NCBI GenBank assembly: GCA_964518425.1
Contig: CAZFGG010000004.1
Span: forward strand, 5,701-69,700
DNA: 64,000 nucleotides
Source of the DNA: an uncultured Gammaproteobacteria bacterium
GTDB taxonomy: Bacteria; Patescibacteriota; Patescibacteriia; SBBC01; CAIJZX01
Reading direction: 5' to 3'
Position numbers and translations under genes: made by a program. This document shows, piece after piece, positions 49,320 to 60,000 of this stretch. The notes beneath the pieces are model-generated. The model made no database searches, was not told the DNA's origin, and saw only the letters and a program-made list of their open reading frames with translations. The first letter of the stretch is position 1. Each line of letters starts with the position of its first letter.

Positions 49320-50222
49320 TCAGATCGAGTGATGAACGACCAAGAGGATCGCGGCAGAGGTGGCGTTGATCGCATACTCGGCCTGCGCGGCAGTCACGCT
49401 GCGCGGCTGCGTGCCACCACCGTGGGAGGTGCTCAGGCGATTTCTCATCGTCGCGACCAAGAGCAGCGGCTGCTCGAAAAAGGTTTCCAGGCCAGAGTTC
49501 TTGATCACAGCGTCGAGAAGAGGCTTCGCGGTATCGGTCGGCTGAAAGGGCAAACCCTTGATCGTGCAGACAATTTTGAGCACGCTCTCAAACGCGCTGC
49601 CACACTTGGTCAGGCAGTCGCCGTAGTCGCCCTTGCGAAAATCTTCCAGGGCCTGCAGAAATTCTTTGTTCGCCGCCCCGAACCGCCCATCAGCGAGTAG
49701 TTCAAGCGTGGGACCGACAGCCATGGCGTGGACCACCTGGGAGTCTTTCCGGATCACCCGGGGAAACTCCGCGACCCGCTGCGCCTTTCCGCCTGGCCAA
49801 TCAGACGGTACCTCTTCCCACACATGCTGGGTAAGGGCGTAGGGCAGGTCGTCACGCTGAAGGAATACGTTGATGCTCTCGATCAGCGGCTCGAGCGCAT
49901 GGACCCACCTACCCTCGCCGTGGCGGAAGATCATCTCCAGTGCATCGAGAAACTGTGGGTCAGAGCATTGCATGAGCCAGCGACCCGCTTCATCGCGAGG
50001 ATCACTGCCCCTCACTCCGAGGGTCATCGTGCCTTGGAGGTACGCCAGTCGCTTCCACAGGTCCGTCCACGCGGCACCTTCGATGCCGGCTTGGGCAACG
50101 ACCTCCTGGAAGCGCATCAGGACGCGGGTGCGAAACTCCGTGGTCAATGGCTTCAGCGTCACGTTGGTCGGCGCGTGGGTGGGTCGTCGCGAGAACACAT
50201 CGAAGAGCTTAGAGAACTCCAC
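49320..50222 (-). CDS. AbiJ-like abortive-infection protein with C-terminal Abi_C/HEPN domain (gene D of the four-gene operon)
   Basis: C-terminus 'LLLVATMRNRLSTSHGGG...AAQAEYAINATSAAILLV': Rx6H HEPN motif in the RN..(S/A)HG context typical of Abi_C. Confidence 0.6.
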   Translation of the reverse strand: MEFSKLFDVFSRRPTHAPTNVTLKPLTTEFRTRVLMRFQEVVAQAGIEGAAWTDLWKRLAYLQGTMTLGVRGSDPRDEAGRWLMQCSDPQFLDALEMIFRHGEGRWVHALEPLIESINVFLQRDDLPYALTQHVWEEVPSDWPGGKAQRVAEFPRVIRKDSQVVHAMAVGPTLELLADGRFGAANKEFLQALEDFRKGDYGDCLTKCGSAFESVLKIVCTIKGLPFQPTDTAKPLLDAVIKNSGLETFFEQPLLLVATMRNRLSTSHGGGTQPRSVTAAQAEYAINATSAAILLVVHHSI

Positions 50223-50254
50223 GAGTTGCCCCTTCTGTCAGGGAAGGGCCGACG

Positions 50255-51259
50255 TCACCCCGTCTGGACAAGCTCGGCGTCAAACTCGGCACGAACCTCG
50301 GCCAGCGTGAGTGGCTCGCCCCAAAGGTTCCGCCGCGCCTCTTCGGGCAAGGACCAGAAAGCACCAAGCGTCTGATCGTCCCTGAAATGTTCGCGAAGCA
50401 CCCCGTCGGAGAAGATACGCCGCAGGCAGAAGCGAGCGACGGCCTGCACTTCGTGGGCGAGCTGCAGGATTCTGATGATCGCCTCTTGACGAACCGGCAT
50501 CGCAACCGATTCGAGGCGATCGTTCAAGTGCTCCACGGCGCTTCGAACGTTGAACAGCGCGCGTGCCCATTCGTGCTCCCTCGGACCCACAAATAATTCT
50601 GTGCGGCTTGCGAACTGCGCTTCCGTCTTACCTCGCTCCGGAAGGATGCAGCCTTCGATGGCACGCACAAACTCATGGATGCGCTCGGCAGGATCCTCGG
50701 CCTGCAGCCCGGCATAGAAGCACTTGACGGTCGCCCGCAGTCGACGAAAACCTTGAAGGTCTTGAACAGCTCCAAGCGCGTTGCCAAGCGTGGCCGCTTC
50801 TTCTAGCTCGGCCTGACGGATCGGATCCCAAAGCACACCTTGGTTCCGAAGGAGTACCGGGACCCAGCCGTGCTGCCGCACATCGACATCTGTTCCGTGT
50901 GCGCCAGTCAGCACAATGCCCCGGCCACCGGTTGCAATGCGTGGCGCCGCCAGCATGAGTCCGTAGTAGAGCATGAACGCCCGCGTTTGGAGCGCGGCGT
51001 TTTCTCCGTCCAGAAGATCCGGGGCGCTCGTCGGAGCTACTGCCCAGAGAAAAAGGCTCGCCTTGTGAAGCTCATCCCACCCGAGCGACCCAAGCCAGCC
51101 CTTCCAGTGGTCAGGCACACTCAGAGTGATGGCACGGGTCGCATGCAACCCATCGCCGAGCGCCAAGACCTCCGGCACCGACTCATCAACTCCAACCGCG
51201 AGCGCGATGAGCGCGTACTTATGTGCGGGTGGCGGTAGGTCAGGGGGTTTGTTGCTCAT
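50255..51259 (-). CDS. Hypothetical protein, possible HEPN-like (gene C)
   Basis: 'ALFNVRSAVEHLND' has Rx4H in a helical context. Otherwise unrecognised. Its start overlaps the gene B stop (ATGA). Confidence 0.35.
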   Translation of the reverse strand: MSNKPPDLPPPAHKYALIALAVGVDESVPEVLALGDGLHATRAITLSVPDHWKGWLGSLGWDELHKASLFLWAVAPTSAPDLLDGENAALQTRAFMLYYGLMLAAPRIATGGRGIVLTGAHGTDVDVRQHGWVPVLLRNQGVLWDPIRQAELEEAATLGNALGAVQDLQGFRRLRATVKCFYAGLQAEDPAERIHEFVRAIEGCILPERGKTEAQFASRTELFVGPREHEWARALFNVRSAVEHLNDRLESVAMPVRQEAIIRILQLAHEVQAVARFCLRRIFSDGVLREHFRDDQTLGAFWSLPEEARRNLWGEPLTLAEVRAEFDAELVQTG

Positions 51260-52437
51260 GCTTCAGATCGGAGCAGGCCTGAATCCGTGTCCCACGCCGT
51301 CCCGAGGTCCTTGGTCACGCCGACCACGTAGCTGATTGCATGTTTTCGGCCGACTTCTCGCCGCGAGGTGTAGTGATCGACGACATGGGGCAGCGTTCTC
51401 AAGCCAGCCGCGAAGAGCGCCAAAGCTGATGGCAGATTGAGCAGCGTCACTGCCGCAAGAGACAACGTCGGCAGCTTCCAATCCAAGAGATCCTTGAGGA
51501 CACCGGCAAAGAGCCGATCACGCGCTGACCGGAGCTCGTTTCGATACGCCAACACTCGTGGCGCGATCTCAGTCGCCAAGATTCGCGGGACGGCGTCTGC
51601 CACTTGGTCCGGTCGCAGCTCATCGAGTCGAGCGGCCAGCGCGTTAAGTTCCACCAACCAGGCCTCGTAGGCGTCTTTGGTGGCGGCGCGGTAATCGAGG
51701 GTGTCCTTGACGCTCAACCGTTCGAGCGCGCCATCCGGAATCACGGCTCGCATGATCTCCAGCCCCAAGTACGGCGTGATCGATGAGGTTGTCTGAACGT
51801 AGCGTGGTGACCCAAGCCGAAGCGCGAGCAGTCGTCCAAAATATGCCTCGTCGCTAACCGGGATCGCCCCGATTCCCTCGGCGACCACCATCGCTGCCGT
51901 GACATGTACCGACGCCGTCATCAGCTCCCGTGCCAGAATGTCCCGCCGCGCCCTTTGCTCGCGCGCGTCAAACGCTGCGTCATGATCAGCCATGTCCCAC
52001 TGCGGCTCCAGTGGGCCGTCTCTGAGAGATCGATCTTCGGCCAATGCTCGGACGATGTCGCGGCCCTTGAGGGTCGTACCCCGAACAACAAAGTCGCCGT
52101 CGAGCGCGATAAATTTTCGCGCGAAGCGATCGTCGTTCAGCCCATCCAGGAATGTCGCGCGGAACTCTGGATTCGTCACGTCCGGCTCGAGATAGCGGTT
52201 CAAGAGCTCCCCAGGCGGGCCACCTGGGGCTGGGTGCACTGCGATGCGAACGGGGTCGCTCGCCCCGCTGACGACGCGACGAAAGAAGGAATCATGGCCG
52301 ACCATCCCCCAGTTACCGAACTTGACGGCCGGGTAGTCCATGAAATTGATCTCATCGGCGATCAGGTTCAGCCGTTTGAGCGTGGCGATGTCGCAGCCGC
52401 TCTCGCCGACATAGAGAAGCTTCATCTGCGGAGTCAT
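51256..52437 (-). CDS. Hypothetical protein (gene B)
   Basis: 393 aa with no recognisable motif. 4-nt overlaps with both neighbours indicate translational coupling. Confidence 0.4.
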   Translation of the reverse strand: MTPQMKLLYVGESGCDIATLKRLNLIADEINFMDYPAVKFGNWGMVGHDSFFRRVVSGASDPVRIAVHPAPGGPPGELLNRYLEPDVTNPEFRATFLDGLNDDRFARKFIALDGDFVVRGTTLKGRDIVRALAEDRSLRDGPLEPQWDMADHDAAFDAREQRARRDILARELMTASVHVTAAMVVAEGIGAIPVSDEAYFGRLLALRLGSPRYVQTTSSITPYLGLEIMRAVIPDGALERLSVKDTLDYRAATKDAYEAWLVELNALAARLDELRPDQVADAVPRILATEIAPRVLAYRNELRSARDRLFAGVLKDLLDWKLPTLSLAAVTLLNLPSALALFAAGLRTLPHVVDHYTSRREVGRKHAISYVVGVTKDLGTAWDTDSGLLRSEA

Positions 52438-53690
52438 ACGCGGTCCGGTTGATTGGGCGCAGGCACTTCAAACACGAGAACGGTCAGTAACACCTCACGG
52501 GCGGGATCGTCACGATGGTGGAGGGAGTAACGAAAACTGGTCTCCGCGAGCTTGGCGTGTTCGCGAACGAACTCGGGCCGAGCTCGAACGACCTCGGGGA
52601 CCTTTTCGAGGACTGTAGAAAGTTTTCGTCCTCGGTTGAAAAGCAGGATGGCGGTTTTTGTGTCGCGCCACGTCGTGTACCCCATGAGTTGGGTGATGGC
52701 AGCATCAAACGCCTTCGGCCCTTCCCAGAACTTGCACTCGCCGATGAAAATATTTCTTCCGCGGATGCGGATAAGAATGTCCGTCTTGCCTTCGAAGTTG
52801 AAGGTTTCGCCTGTCGCCTGACCCTCGAATTGGCCGTTGAGCTGAACCAGAAAGTGCTGCCGGATGGCTTCCTCATCCATGGTCCGAAAGGCTTCCGGAC
52901 TTTGCTCCATGACAGCCACCATGTTGCTCATGATCCGAAGGATTTGCTCGTAGGTCTCCATGTCGAGCATCGGCTCGAGCTGCCCCGCAGCCGTGAGATT
53001 CGGAGTGGGCGGCATCGGCAACTTGCGCTTCACCTCCGGCACGGCGAACGTTTGAGGTGCTCCCTCACGCCGGCGAACCGGGAATCCGAGGCCTGCCACC
53101 ACGTCCTGGCTTTTGATCAGCCGCTCGCGACGGGCGTCAATCCGCGCTTGGGCTTTCCCAGGGAGGCTCTCGTTGAACGGCGCCACGTCGGTCGCGATCG
53201 TCGCGACATATCCCTTGATGTTCGCGAGGTCGCGATCGAATTCACCCTTGACTGCCGCTGGATCGTGGTCGGTTCGCAGGTAGGTGAAGTGGAGCTCGCT
53301 GCCCTGAACCGCAGCCCGTGGTGGGTTGTAGGTGTAGCTCGAAGGCCGGCACGTGAGGAGCGGCGCATCGCCTGAGAACGGTAGGTAGTAGGTGATTTGC
53401 GTTGCATTGGCGTAGACCGGGCCTTCGCGGTCTCTGTAGAACGCGAAATTGTTCGGATCGCGGCTGACGTCCTTCCGGCTTTCGGTCTGGTCGACCTGGA
53501 TCCTGTCCTCGTGGAGGACAATCGGGTTGATTCGGTACTTTTCGGCGAAGTAGGCGGCCAACTTGTCGGGCGGCGTACCGAGGAGTTGCTTGGCGTCCAT
53601 CGCGTCGACCTCCTGGTTCATGGAGGCCTCCTGCGCCCGCATCGCGCCACCAAGGTCGTTCTTGCTGAAGAGGAAATCTTCGCGAGGCAT
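52434..53690 (-). CDS. PD-(D/E)xK nuclease-fold protein (gene A)
   Basis: C-terminal 'GETFNFEGKTDILIRIRGRNIFIGECKFW' reads as E...D...ExK. The ORF track extends to 53768 but would overlap the recombinase stop by 26 nt, so an internal Met (e.g. 'MPREDF') is preferred. Start uncertain. Confidence 0.5.
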   Translation of the reverse strand: MPREDFLFSKNDLGGAMRAQEASMNQEVDAMDAKQLLGTPPDKLAAYFAEKYRINPIVLHEDRIQVDQTESRKDVSRDPNNFAFYRDREGPVYANATQITYYLPFSGDAPLLTCRPSSYTYNPPRAAVQGSELHFTYLRTDHDPAAVKGEFDRDLANIKGYVATIATDVAPFNESLPGKAQARIDARRERLIKSQDVVAGLGFPVRRREGAPQTFAVPEVKRKLPMPPTPNLTAAGQLEPMLDMETYEQILRIMSNMVAVMEQSPEAFRTMDEEAIRQHFLVQLNGQFEGQATGETFNFEGKTDILIRIRGRNIFIGECKFWEGPKAFDAAITQLMGYTTWRDTKTAILLFNRGRKLSTVLEKVPEVVRARPEFVREHAKLAETSFRYSLHHRDDPAREVLLTVLVFEVPAPNQPDRV

Positions 53691-53742
53691 GCCGTCCTGA
53701 ATAATTTCGTAAGAGGTTGAGCAGTCGATCCTGAGATTCAAA

Positions 53743-55734
53743 CTATGCCGATGTGGTTGACCCGTCAAGAGTTACACCAACGGTCAGGGTTGTGTCCGTC
53801 GGGCCGAGGACGCCTTCAAGCTTGAGCAGCGTGAGTCGGGACGGCGTGTAGGTTCCTAGCTCCGTGTTTCGGATGGTCCTGACGTGGATCCTTGCCCGGC
53901 TTGCCAGGTCATCCTGAGTTAGCCCGAGGCGGAGCCTAGCCGCTCGGATCCGTCCGGGCAGCCCGTCTCGCTCAGGGACGAGTCCTGAGCCAAGGACCGA
54001 TTCGATTGCTGGCCAGCGGCGAGACAGGGGCACGTTGAGGCCACGTTCCCAGCCGGCCACGGTCTGATACCAGCACCCGAGTTTCTTGGCGAGGGTTTGT
54101 TGCGTCAGGCCGACATCCATCCGCCGCTGGCGAATCCGGTCGCCCAAGGTGACGGGGCAGTGCGGATAACCCCTTGGGAACACACGCGGTCTGGCAGCGG
54201 TCAGTCTGAGAGCGGTAAAAGGCAACGCAACAGTGAAGTTGTGTTGCCTTTTACCTACGTCTTCGGCGGAGCAGGGAAAGGGGCTAAGGTCAATCTCGAC
54301 AACCTCCTTTCCCACCTGGATCTTCTCGACGATGGCTTCGATGATGGCCTGCTTTTCCTCGGCGGTGAGGGTCGGCCAGCGGGCATAGAGGTCGCGGGTT
54401 TCGGAGAGGATCTCATCCCGGCCGAGGAACTGAACCTTCAGGAAGTCCAGCTCCCCCTGAAGCCTGGGCAGCTCCTCTTCCAAGCCCTTCAGCCGCTCTT
54501 CGAGCGGGCGATAGGTCCGGCCGAATCCTTCGGGTGAAATCTGGTCGGTCACGTAGAGCCGATAGATCTTCTCCATCTCCTGCCGGACTTTGGTCAGGTC
54601 CCCATCCAGGCTGACGAGCCGCTCCTCCTTGGCTTTGATCTCCTCGTCAGCTTGCCCGAGGTGCCGAGCCACATCGTCGGGTGAAAGGAAGAAGTCCCGC
54701 AGCTGTTCATGGAAGACGGCTTCAAGATCGCCGACCGCGATCTTGTTCCGGCACCTTCGGCAGATGTATTTCCCGGCTTGGTAGCTGGCGTCGACGTACA
54801 TCTTGCCGCCACAGTGACAGTGGGCCACGCCAGCAAAGAGGTGGAGCGGCTTGCGCGCCGGTCGCTTCAGACGCTCTCGCTGCTGGTCGAGGATCGCCAG
54901 GCACGCCGCCCACGTCTCGGCCGGGATGATCGGTTCGACGGATGAGAGCACCCACTCATCCTGCGGCTTGAGCTTCCAGGCCTTCTTCTCTCCGAGCGAC
55001 TTCGTGTAGTTGGCCCGACGCGTGCCCTTGGCAATGGGATCACGCAGCAGCCGATCGATCGAGGTGTCAGAAAACTTTCCGCCACCCCGCGTGCGGTAGC
55101 CCTTCTCATTGAGTAGCCGGGCCACCGCTTTCTTGCGGCGGTGCTCGAGGAACAGCTCGTAGATGAGCTTGCGGATCGGCGCTTCCTGCGGGTCCGGCCG
55201 GAGCTGGCGGTCTTTCCACTGATAACCGAAGGGTGCAGCACCGCCGGTTGACTTGCCGAGCTTGGCGCGGATCGACACCGACGCGGCCACGCGCTCGCCG
55301 ATTTCCTCCCGCTCCCACTGCGCCATGGCCGCAATCATCGTGTAGAAGAGCCGGCCAGCCGGCGTCGAGGTGTCGATGGCCTCTTGGAGCGAGATGAGAT
55401 CGGCCCCGTCTCGCCGAAAAATATCCGCAAAGTCCAGCAGCTCTTTGGTGTTTCGCGCCAGCCGAGCCAGCTTTGAAAAAATCAGGCCTGTGATGTGGCC
55501 GCTGGCGATGTCCTGGAGCATCCGTTTCGCTTCTGGATGCCCCATCACGGATTTCCCGCTCACCGCTTCGAGGTGATAGACCTCGCGGATCTTCCAGCCC
55601 TTTGACTCGGCGTAGGCGCGGGCACGCCGTTCGTGATGCTCCGGGCTTTCGCCCCTGGCTTGGTCTTCGGTCGAGACGCGGATCCAGATCCCGACAGGCT
55701 TCGCCTGCTCGTGTGCCCCAGTCTTGGTGCCCAT
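53743..55734 (-). CDS. Large serine recombinase with two C-terminal XRE-family HTH domains
   Basis: Resolvase catalytic 'IWIRVSTEDQ', recombinase domain, zinc ribbon 'CHCGGKMYVDASYQAGKYICRRCRNK', coiled coil. Then 'LTQQTLAKKLGCWYQTVAGWERG' and 'LTQDDLASRARIHVRTIRNTELG' HTH_XRE-like units. Confidence 0.8.
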   Translation of the reverse strand: MGTKTGAHEQAKPVGIWIRVSTEDQARGESPEHHERRARAYAESKGWKIREVYHLEAVSGKSVMGHPEAKRMLQDIASGHITGLIFSKLARLARNTKELLDFADIFRRDGADLISLQEAIDTSTPAGRLFYTMIAAMAQWEREEIGERVAASVSIRAKLGKSTGGAAPFGYQWKDRQLRPDPQEAPIRKLIYELFLEHRRKKAVARLLNEKGYRTRGGGKFSDTSIDRLLRDPIAKGTRRANYTKSLGEKKAWKLKPQDEWVLSSVEPIIPAETWAACLAILDQQRERLKRPARKPLHLFAGVAHCHCGGKMYVDASYQAGKYICRRCRNKIAVGDLEAVFHEQLRDFFLSPDDVARHLGQADEEIKAKEERLVSLDGDLTKVRQEMEKIYRLYVTDQISPEGFGRTYRPLEERLKGLEEELPRLQGELDFLKVQFLGRDEILSETRDLYARWPTLTAEEKQAIIEAIVEKIQVGKEVVEIDLSPFPCSAEDVGKRQHNFTVALPFTALRLTAARPRVFPRGYPHCPVTLGDRIRQRRMDVGLTQQTLAKKLGCWYQTVAGWERGLNVPLSRRWPAIESVLGSGLVPERDGLPGRIRAARLRLGLTQDDLASRARIHVRTIRNTELGTYTPSRLTLLKLEGVLGPTDTTLTVGVTLDGSTTSA

Positions 55735-55740
55735 GGTTCC

Positions 55741-57003
55741 TTACACGCGGGGGCGTGCTTGTTTGCGCACTAGCTTCCGACCGTGAATCCGGTCGCGGCG
55801 GAACTTGAGTGCAGTCTGACGCACGGCGATCTCTGACTTCAACTTCGCTGCATCACGAGCCATTGAGAGAAATTGTCCGAGTTCTTCAAGATTTTCGAAC
55901 TTCCCGGAGAGCTGCATGGAAAACGTTAGGAGTTCGGCCACAAACCGATGGAGCTGCAAGGCAGCCTTGCGGGCATCGACACCACCCGTCCCGGAGTGCG
56001 CGGTGCCATTTCTCCGGTCACGAAGCATTTCCAAGACGTACCAGATCAGGGGTTCGTCCTCGTAAAGAAACCGGACTCGCTGGATCGTGGCGTCATAGCG
56101 ATCGCCGCCAGTAGCGGTCAGTGTTTCCAGCAGCGACCACAGCTGCAGAACCGTGACTTCGTGATCGACGCCATCCAAAGCCCGACAGTATCGGACCATG
56201 ATCCTTCGCAACTCTCGTCCGAGCGTTGTTTCCTTGATGGCGGCCCGGATGGCCGCGACCTGCTCAGCCATCCCCTGCCACTTTCCACTTAGATCGACAG
56301 AGAAGGAGTCCTTCACTGGGAAGAGCTCGTACCACCACACCTCTCCCGCTGGCTTTCCGTTCGGGAGATGCAGCGTGTGAATCGGGCCGATCCGGACTTG
56401 ATTGATCGGGACATTTTCGCGAGGGCCGAACTGACTCCACACCCGCCGGTTGAGAACGAAGTTCCAGATCCCTCGGACAAAATCTAGTCGCTCCAAACCG
56501 GCATCGAGCGCTTCGTTAATTGTCCGCGCGCGACCACTTACTCTGACGTGCGCCAGTCGAAGATGCTGCTCGCCGTACTCAGCCCACACATGCTCTGGCA
56601 CGTAGCTTCGATCGAAGCCCTTGGGCGGACCATCAGAAAAGGTCATGGTCCAACCGTCGAAGACCTGGCGAGTGAGTTTCGGGAAGTACCGGCACGATAG
56701 CGATGCCACGAGCACGAATGGCAGCTGTGGCTGAGCAAGGAAGCGGCGTGATCGACGGTCAAGCTCAGCCAGCAGGCGTGCTTTCGTAATGGCACCGGAC
56801 CCGGCGACCGTGGAAATAGCTTCCTGACAGAGGCCGAGCCGATCACGTTCCGACGTGGCCTCATCAAGCGGAGCGTGCACACTGAGTGAAGCGACGAGTT
56901 CATCGAACCAGGTTGAGTCAAACCCACCTGACGGCTTCTTGGCTCGCTCGAGTTCCTTGGCCACAATCTCCACGTCAACGATGCTCTTCAAATCGCGAGG
57001 CAT
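55741..57003 (-). CDS. HEPN (Abi_C / Swt1-like, RNxxAH) domain protein
   Basis: C-terminal 'YVLEMLRDRRNGTAHSGTGG' has R-N-x-x-A-H. The N-terminal ~300 aa are unrecognised. It lies 10 nt downstream of the HerA-like NTPase gene. Confidence 0.55.
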   Translation of the reverse strand: MPRDLKSIVDVEIVAKELERAKKPSGGFDSTWFDELVASLSVHAPLDEATSERDRLGLCQEAISTVAGSGAITKARLLAELDRRSRRFLAQPQLPFVLVASLSCRYFPKLTRQVFDGWTMTFSDGPPKGFDRSYVPEHVWAEYGEQHLRLAHVRVSGRARTINEALDAGLERLDFVRGIWNFVLNRRVWSQFGPRENVPINQVRIGPIHTLHLPNGKPAGEVWWYELFPVKDSFSVDLSGKWQGMAEQVAAIRAAIKETTLGRELRRIMVRYCRALDGVDHEVTVLQLWSLLETLTATGGDRYDATIQRVRFLYEDEPLIWYVLEMLRDRRNGTAHSGTGGVDARKAALQLHRFVAELLTFSMQLSGKFENLEELGQFLSMARDAAKLKSEIAVRQTALKFRRDRIHGRKLVRKQARPRV

Positions 57004-57013
57004 GCTACTTGGG

Positions 57014-60000
57014 TCATCCCTTCTTCTTTAGGCGGCGAAGGGCCTTAGCAATCACGGCCGACACCGCTCCATGCTTGGCTTCCTGTTCCTCGGCTTGCCC
57101 GGGACGGCGACGGACGCGGACGCGGTAACCGCGCACCGTCGACTCCTCGGCTGGTTGGAGCGAGTGCAGTCCACCGAGAAGATCAAGGACTTCCTCCGGG
57201 CTGACGAGGTGCACGCGCTCAAACTGTTCCGGGGTGAGCGCAGCCTTGGCCAGGGTGCGGATATGCCCGAGGCGACGCTTTTCCCCAGAAACTATCACCA
57301 CGAAGGAGAATCCTGCGGCCACACACTTCTGAAGATTTTGCGCCTCGTGCTCAGCCGGGGAGCTGACGACAATTTCGCAGGCGACCGACGTTCCATTCTT
57401 TCGAAGCGCAACATCCACACTCCCCAACCCATCGAGTACCGCTTCCTCGATCGTTGCGCCCCAGCCGTTCGCGAGTGCCCAGCGTCGAATGAGGTCTTGG
57501 AGGTACTTGTGCTGCGCACCGCCTCGTCCGGCCGTGGACGGAAGTGTCGCCGAATCGACGACCGAAGTGGTTGCCGCCACCGGTGGCAACGGTGAGCTGA
57601 CCGGAACGGGCCTCGCGTGTCGCGGTGAGGACGCTGGTGTCGGTTCCTCGACAGCTGCCGCCGGTGCATCTGCCTCCCGCCCGGACCGGATGATCGCTTC
57701 AATCTCGGCTCTGGGCCGGGCGTACTGCTCCCGTGATGCGGCAACAACCTTCGCCCGATTAGTTTCGGCGACTGCCTCGTCGAGAGCCGACAAGAGCGGA
57801 GTGCGAAGGTTGAAATCCCAATCGGCTCGTTCCACCCGGGCAATAGCTTCACCGGTGCCGAGATTCTGGAGGTCGTCAGCGTTGAAGCTGGAGAAGCCCT
57901 TCGCCAGAAGCCGAGCATCCTCGTCACCGACTCTGAAGGAGACACGCGTGGCTGGATTGGCGAGGACGGAGGCCAGCACGTCGCCACTGCGACTCTGGAG
58001 CTGTCGCAAGTCCTGGTGAGCAAGCACCAGTGCCAAGCCATACTTTCGAGCGCCGGAGAGAATCTGCGCCATCGAGGGGGTAACGAAGTGGTGGAATTCG
58101 TCGATGTAAAGGTAGAAGGGCCGGCGCTTCCCTTCGGCTACGTCTTGTCGGCTCATCGCCACCTGATGGAGCTTGGAGACGAGCAACGTCCCAAGCAGAT
58201 GTGCGTTTTCCTCGCCAATCGCCCCGTGCGAGAGCCGACAAAGAAGGATCTTTCCCTCGTCCATGACTCGCCGCAGGTCAAGCCGGCTATCTTGCTGGGC
58301 CACCATGTACCGGATCGGCTTTGGGCGAAGGAAGGAGTCGAGGCGCGTCAGAATCGGGGCCTGCGGTCGGCCACGCAGCAGCGGAAATTCTCGCTCCCAA
58401 AAATAAATGACGTCCGGGTCGCGAACGGTCTTGAGGAATTCCTTCCGGAATCGATCTTCGACCAGGAACCGCCGCAGGTCCACCAGCGTGCCGCCCTGCT
58501 CGCTTTCAACGAAGGCCAGCACGGCGTTCCCGAGCACGGACGTCATCTGGTCGCCCCAGCTCATGGACATGCGCTGGAACACCATCACGAGGTCTGATGA
58601 CAGGAGCGTTTTCTCGAGATCCGAGGCGGCCGAGAGGATGTTGAAGCCGATCGGGAACTCGGCATCTGCCGGGTCGAGCAAGATGACGTCTTGAAGACGG
58701 CCCTCAGGAACAAGGCCCAGAACGCGATCAATCAGATCGCCGTGAGGATCGAAGACGGCGAGGCCTTCGCCGTTCTCAAGGTCTTGTCGGATGAGATTCA
58801 GCAAGAGCGTAGACTTCCCAGTGCCGGATGCTCCGATGACGTACATGTGTCGCGATCGGTGATCGGCGGAGAGCCTGACCTCGTCCACCTGATCATCGTG
58901 GACGTTCTGTCCAAGGCAAACACCTTGGCTCAGGACGGACGGGGGTGCGGCCTTTGTCTTGTGTCCATGCCGCAGCAACCGCGGGTCGCGAACGCCACTG
59001 GTCGGCAGGTGCACGAGCGAGGCGAGCTCCTCGACACTCAGGAGCATGCCGCTGCGATGTGAGCGCCGGCCGAGGAGATCATCCTCGTGCTGCTGGGACG
59101 AGTAGTCACCGTCTGGCTGCAGCGGGATGAGTTCATTTGCGAGTGGATCGCTCAGGGCTCCCATGGCACCGGCCACCTGGCGTGCCACCGCTATCGCCCG
59201 CCCACGCGTTGGGCTCTTGATCCCGACCCGAATGACGCTGGCGAACAGCGGGCGCGCCACCTTCGCCTTGGCGAGGGCGGAGATCTCCGGCGCATCGATA
59301 AAAAACGGAGACCCCTGTTCGTCCAGAACCGCGCGCAATATTTCGCGTGCCCAAGGCTGGCGCGCTCGGCAGGCTAGTACCTGGAAGAGCCCTGCCTCAC
59401 CAGCCCGCAGATTGGAGAGTGCACCCACCACCCCAGCCAGCGGATCGACGTCAAATTTTCTTACCGCACGGAGGGGTACCATGAACTCGTGGGCCAAGCC
59501 GAAGTCCACTACGACGGCTTCACCGCCGAGCGCGTCCCACCTCGGGGCCACGGCTTCACGTCCCCGAGAAACGAGGATTTCGGGAAAGTAGGCCTTCAGG
59601 CATTGCGACAGAACCGGCTCGTCTTCGGCTGAACACGTGAACAACAGCCGGGTCGATTCTTCGGCTCCGAACAGCTCAAAGGCAATCGGGCCAATGGCGG
59701 TAGGAAGAGCGAGAAGGAACTGCTCGGCGGCCTCGCGAGAAACATCGAGATCCGGCGGCACAGCAACAAGCAGCTGTGCGATCTCTTCGTGCCCGCGCCA
59801 CCGACCAGGTGTCGGCTCGTCGAAACTGCTGTCTTCACTCGCCTCGGTCGGCCTGCCTCCAGATGTGCCGACGAGCCGATCCGTCAGACGACTTAAGAGT
59901 GTCGGGCGGCGACCATCATCGAGTCTGTCCGGTGACGTCGCGATCTGCGGAAAATAAAATGGCCTGAACGGCGGCTCAAGTTCGACCGGCTCTGGCCATA

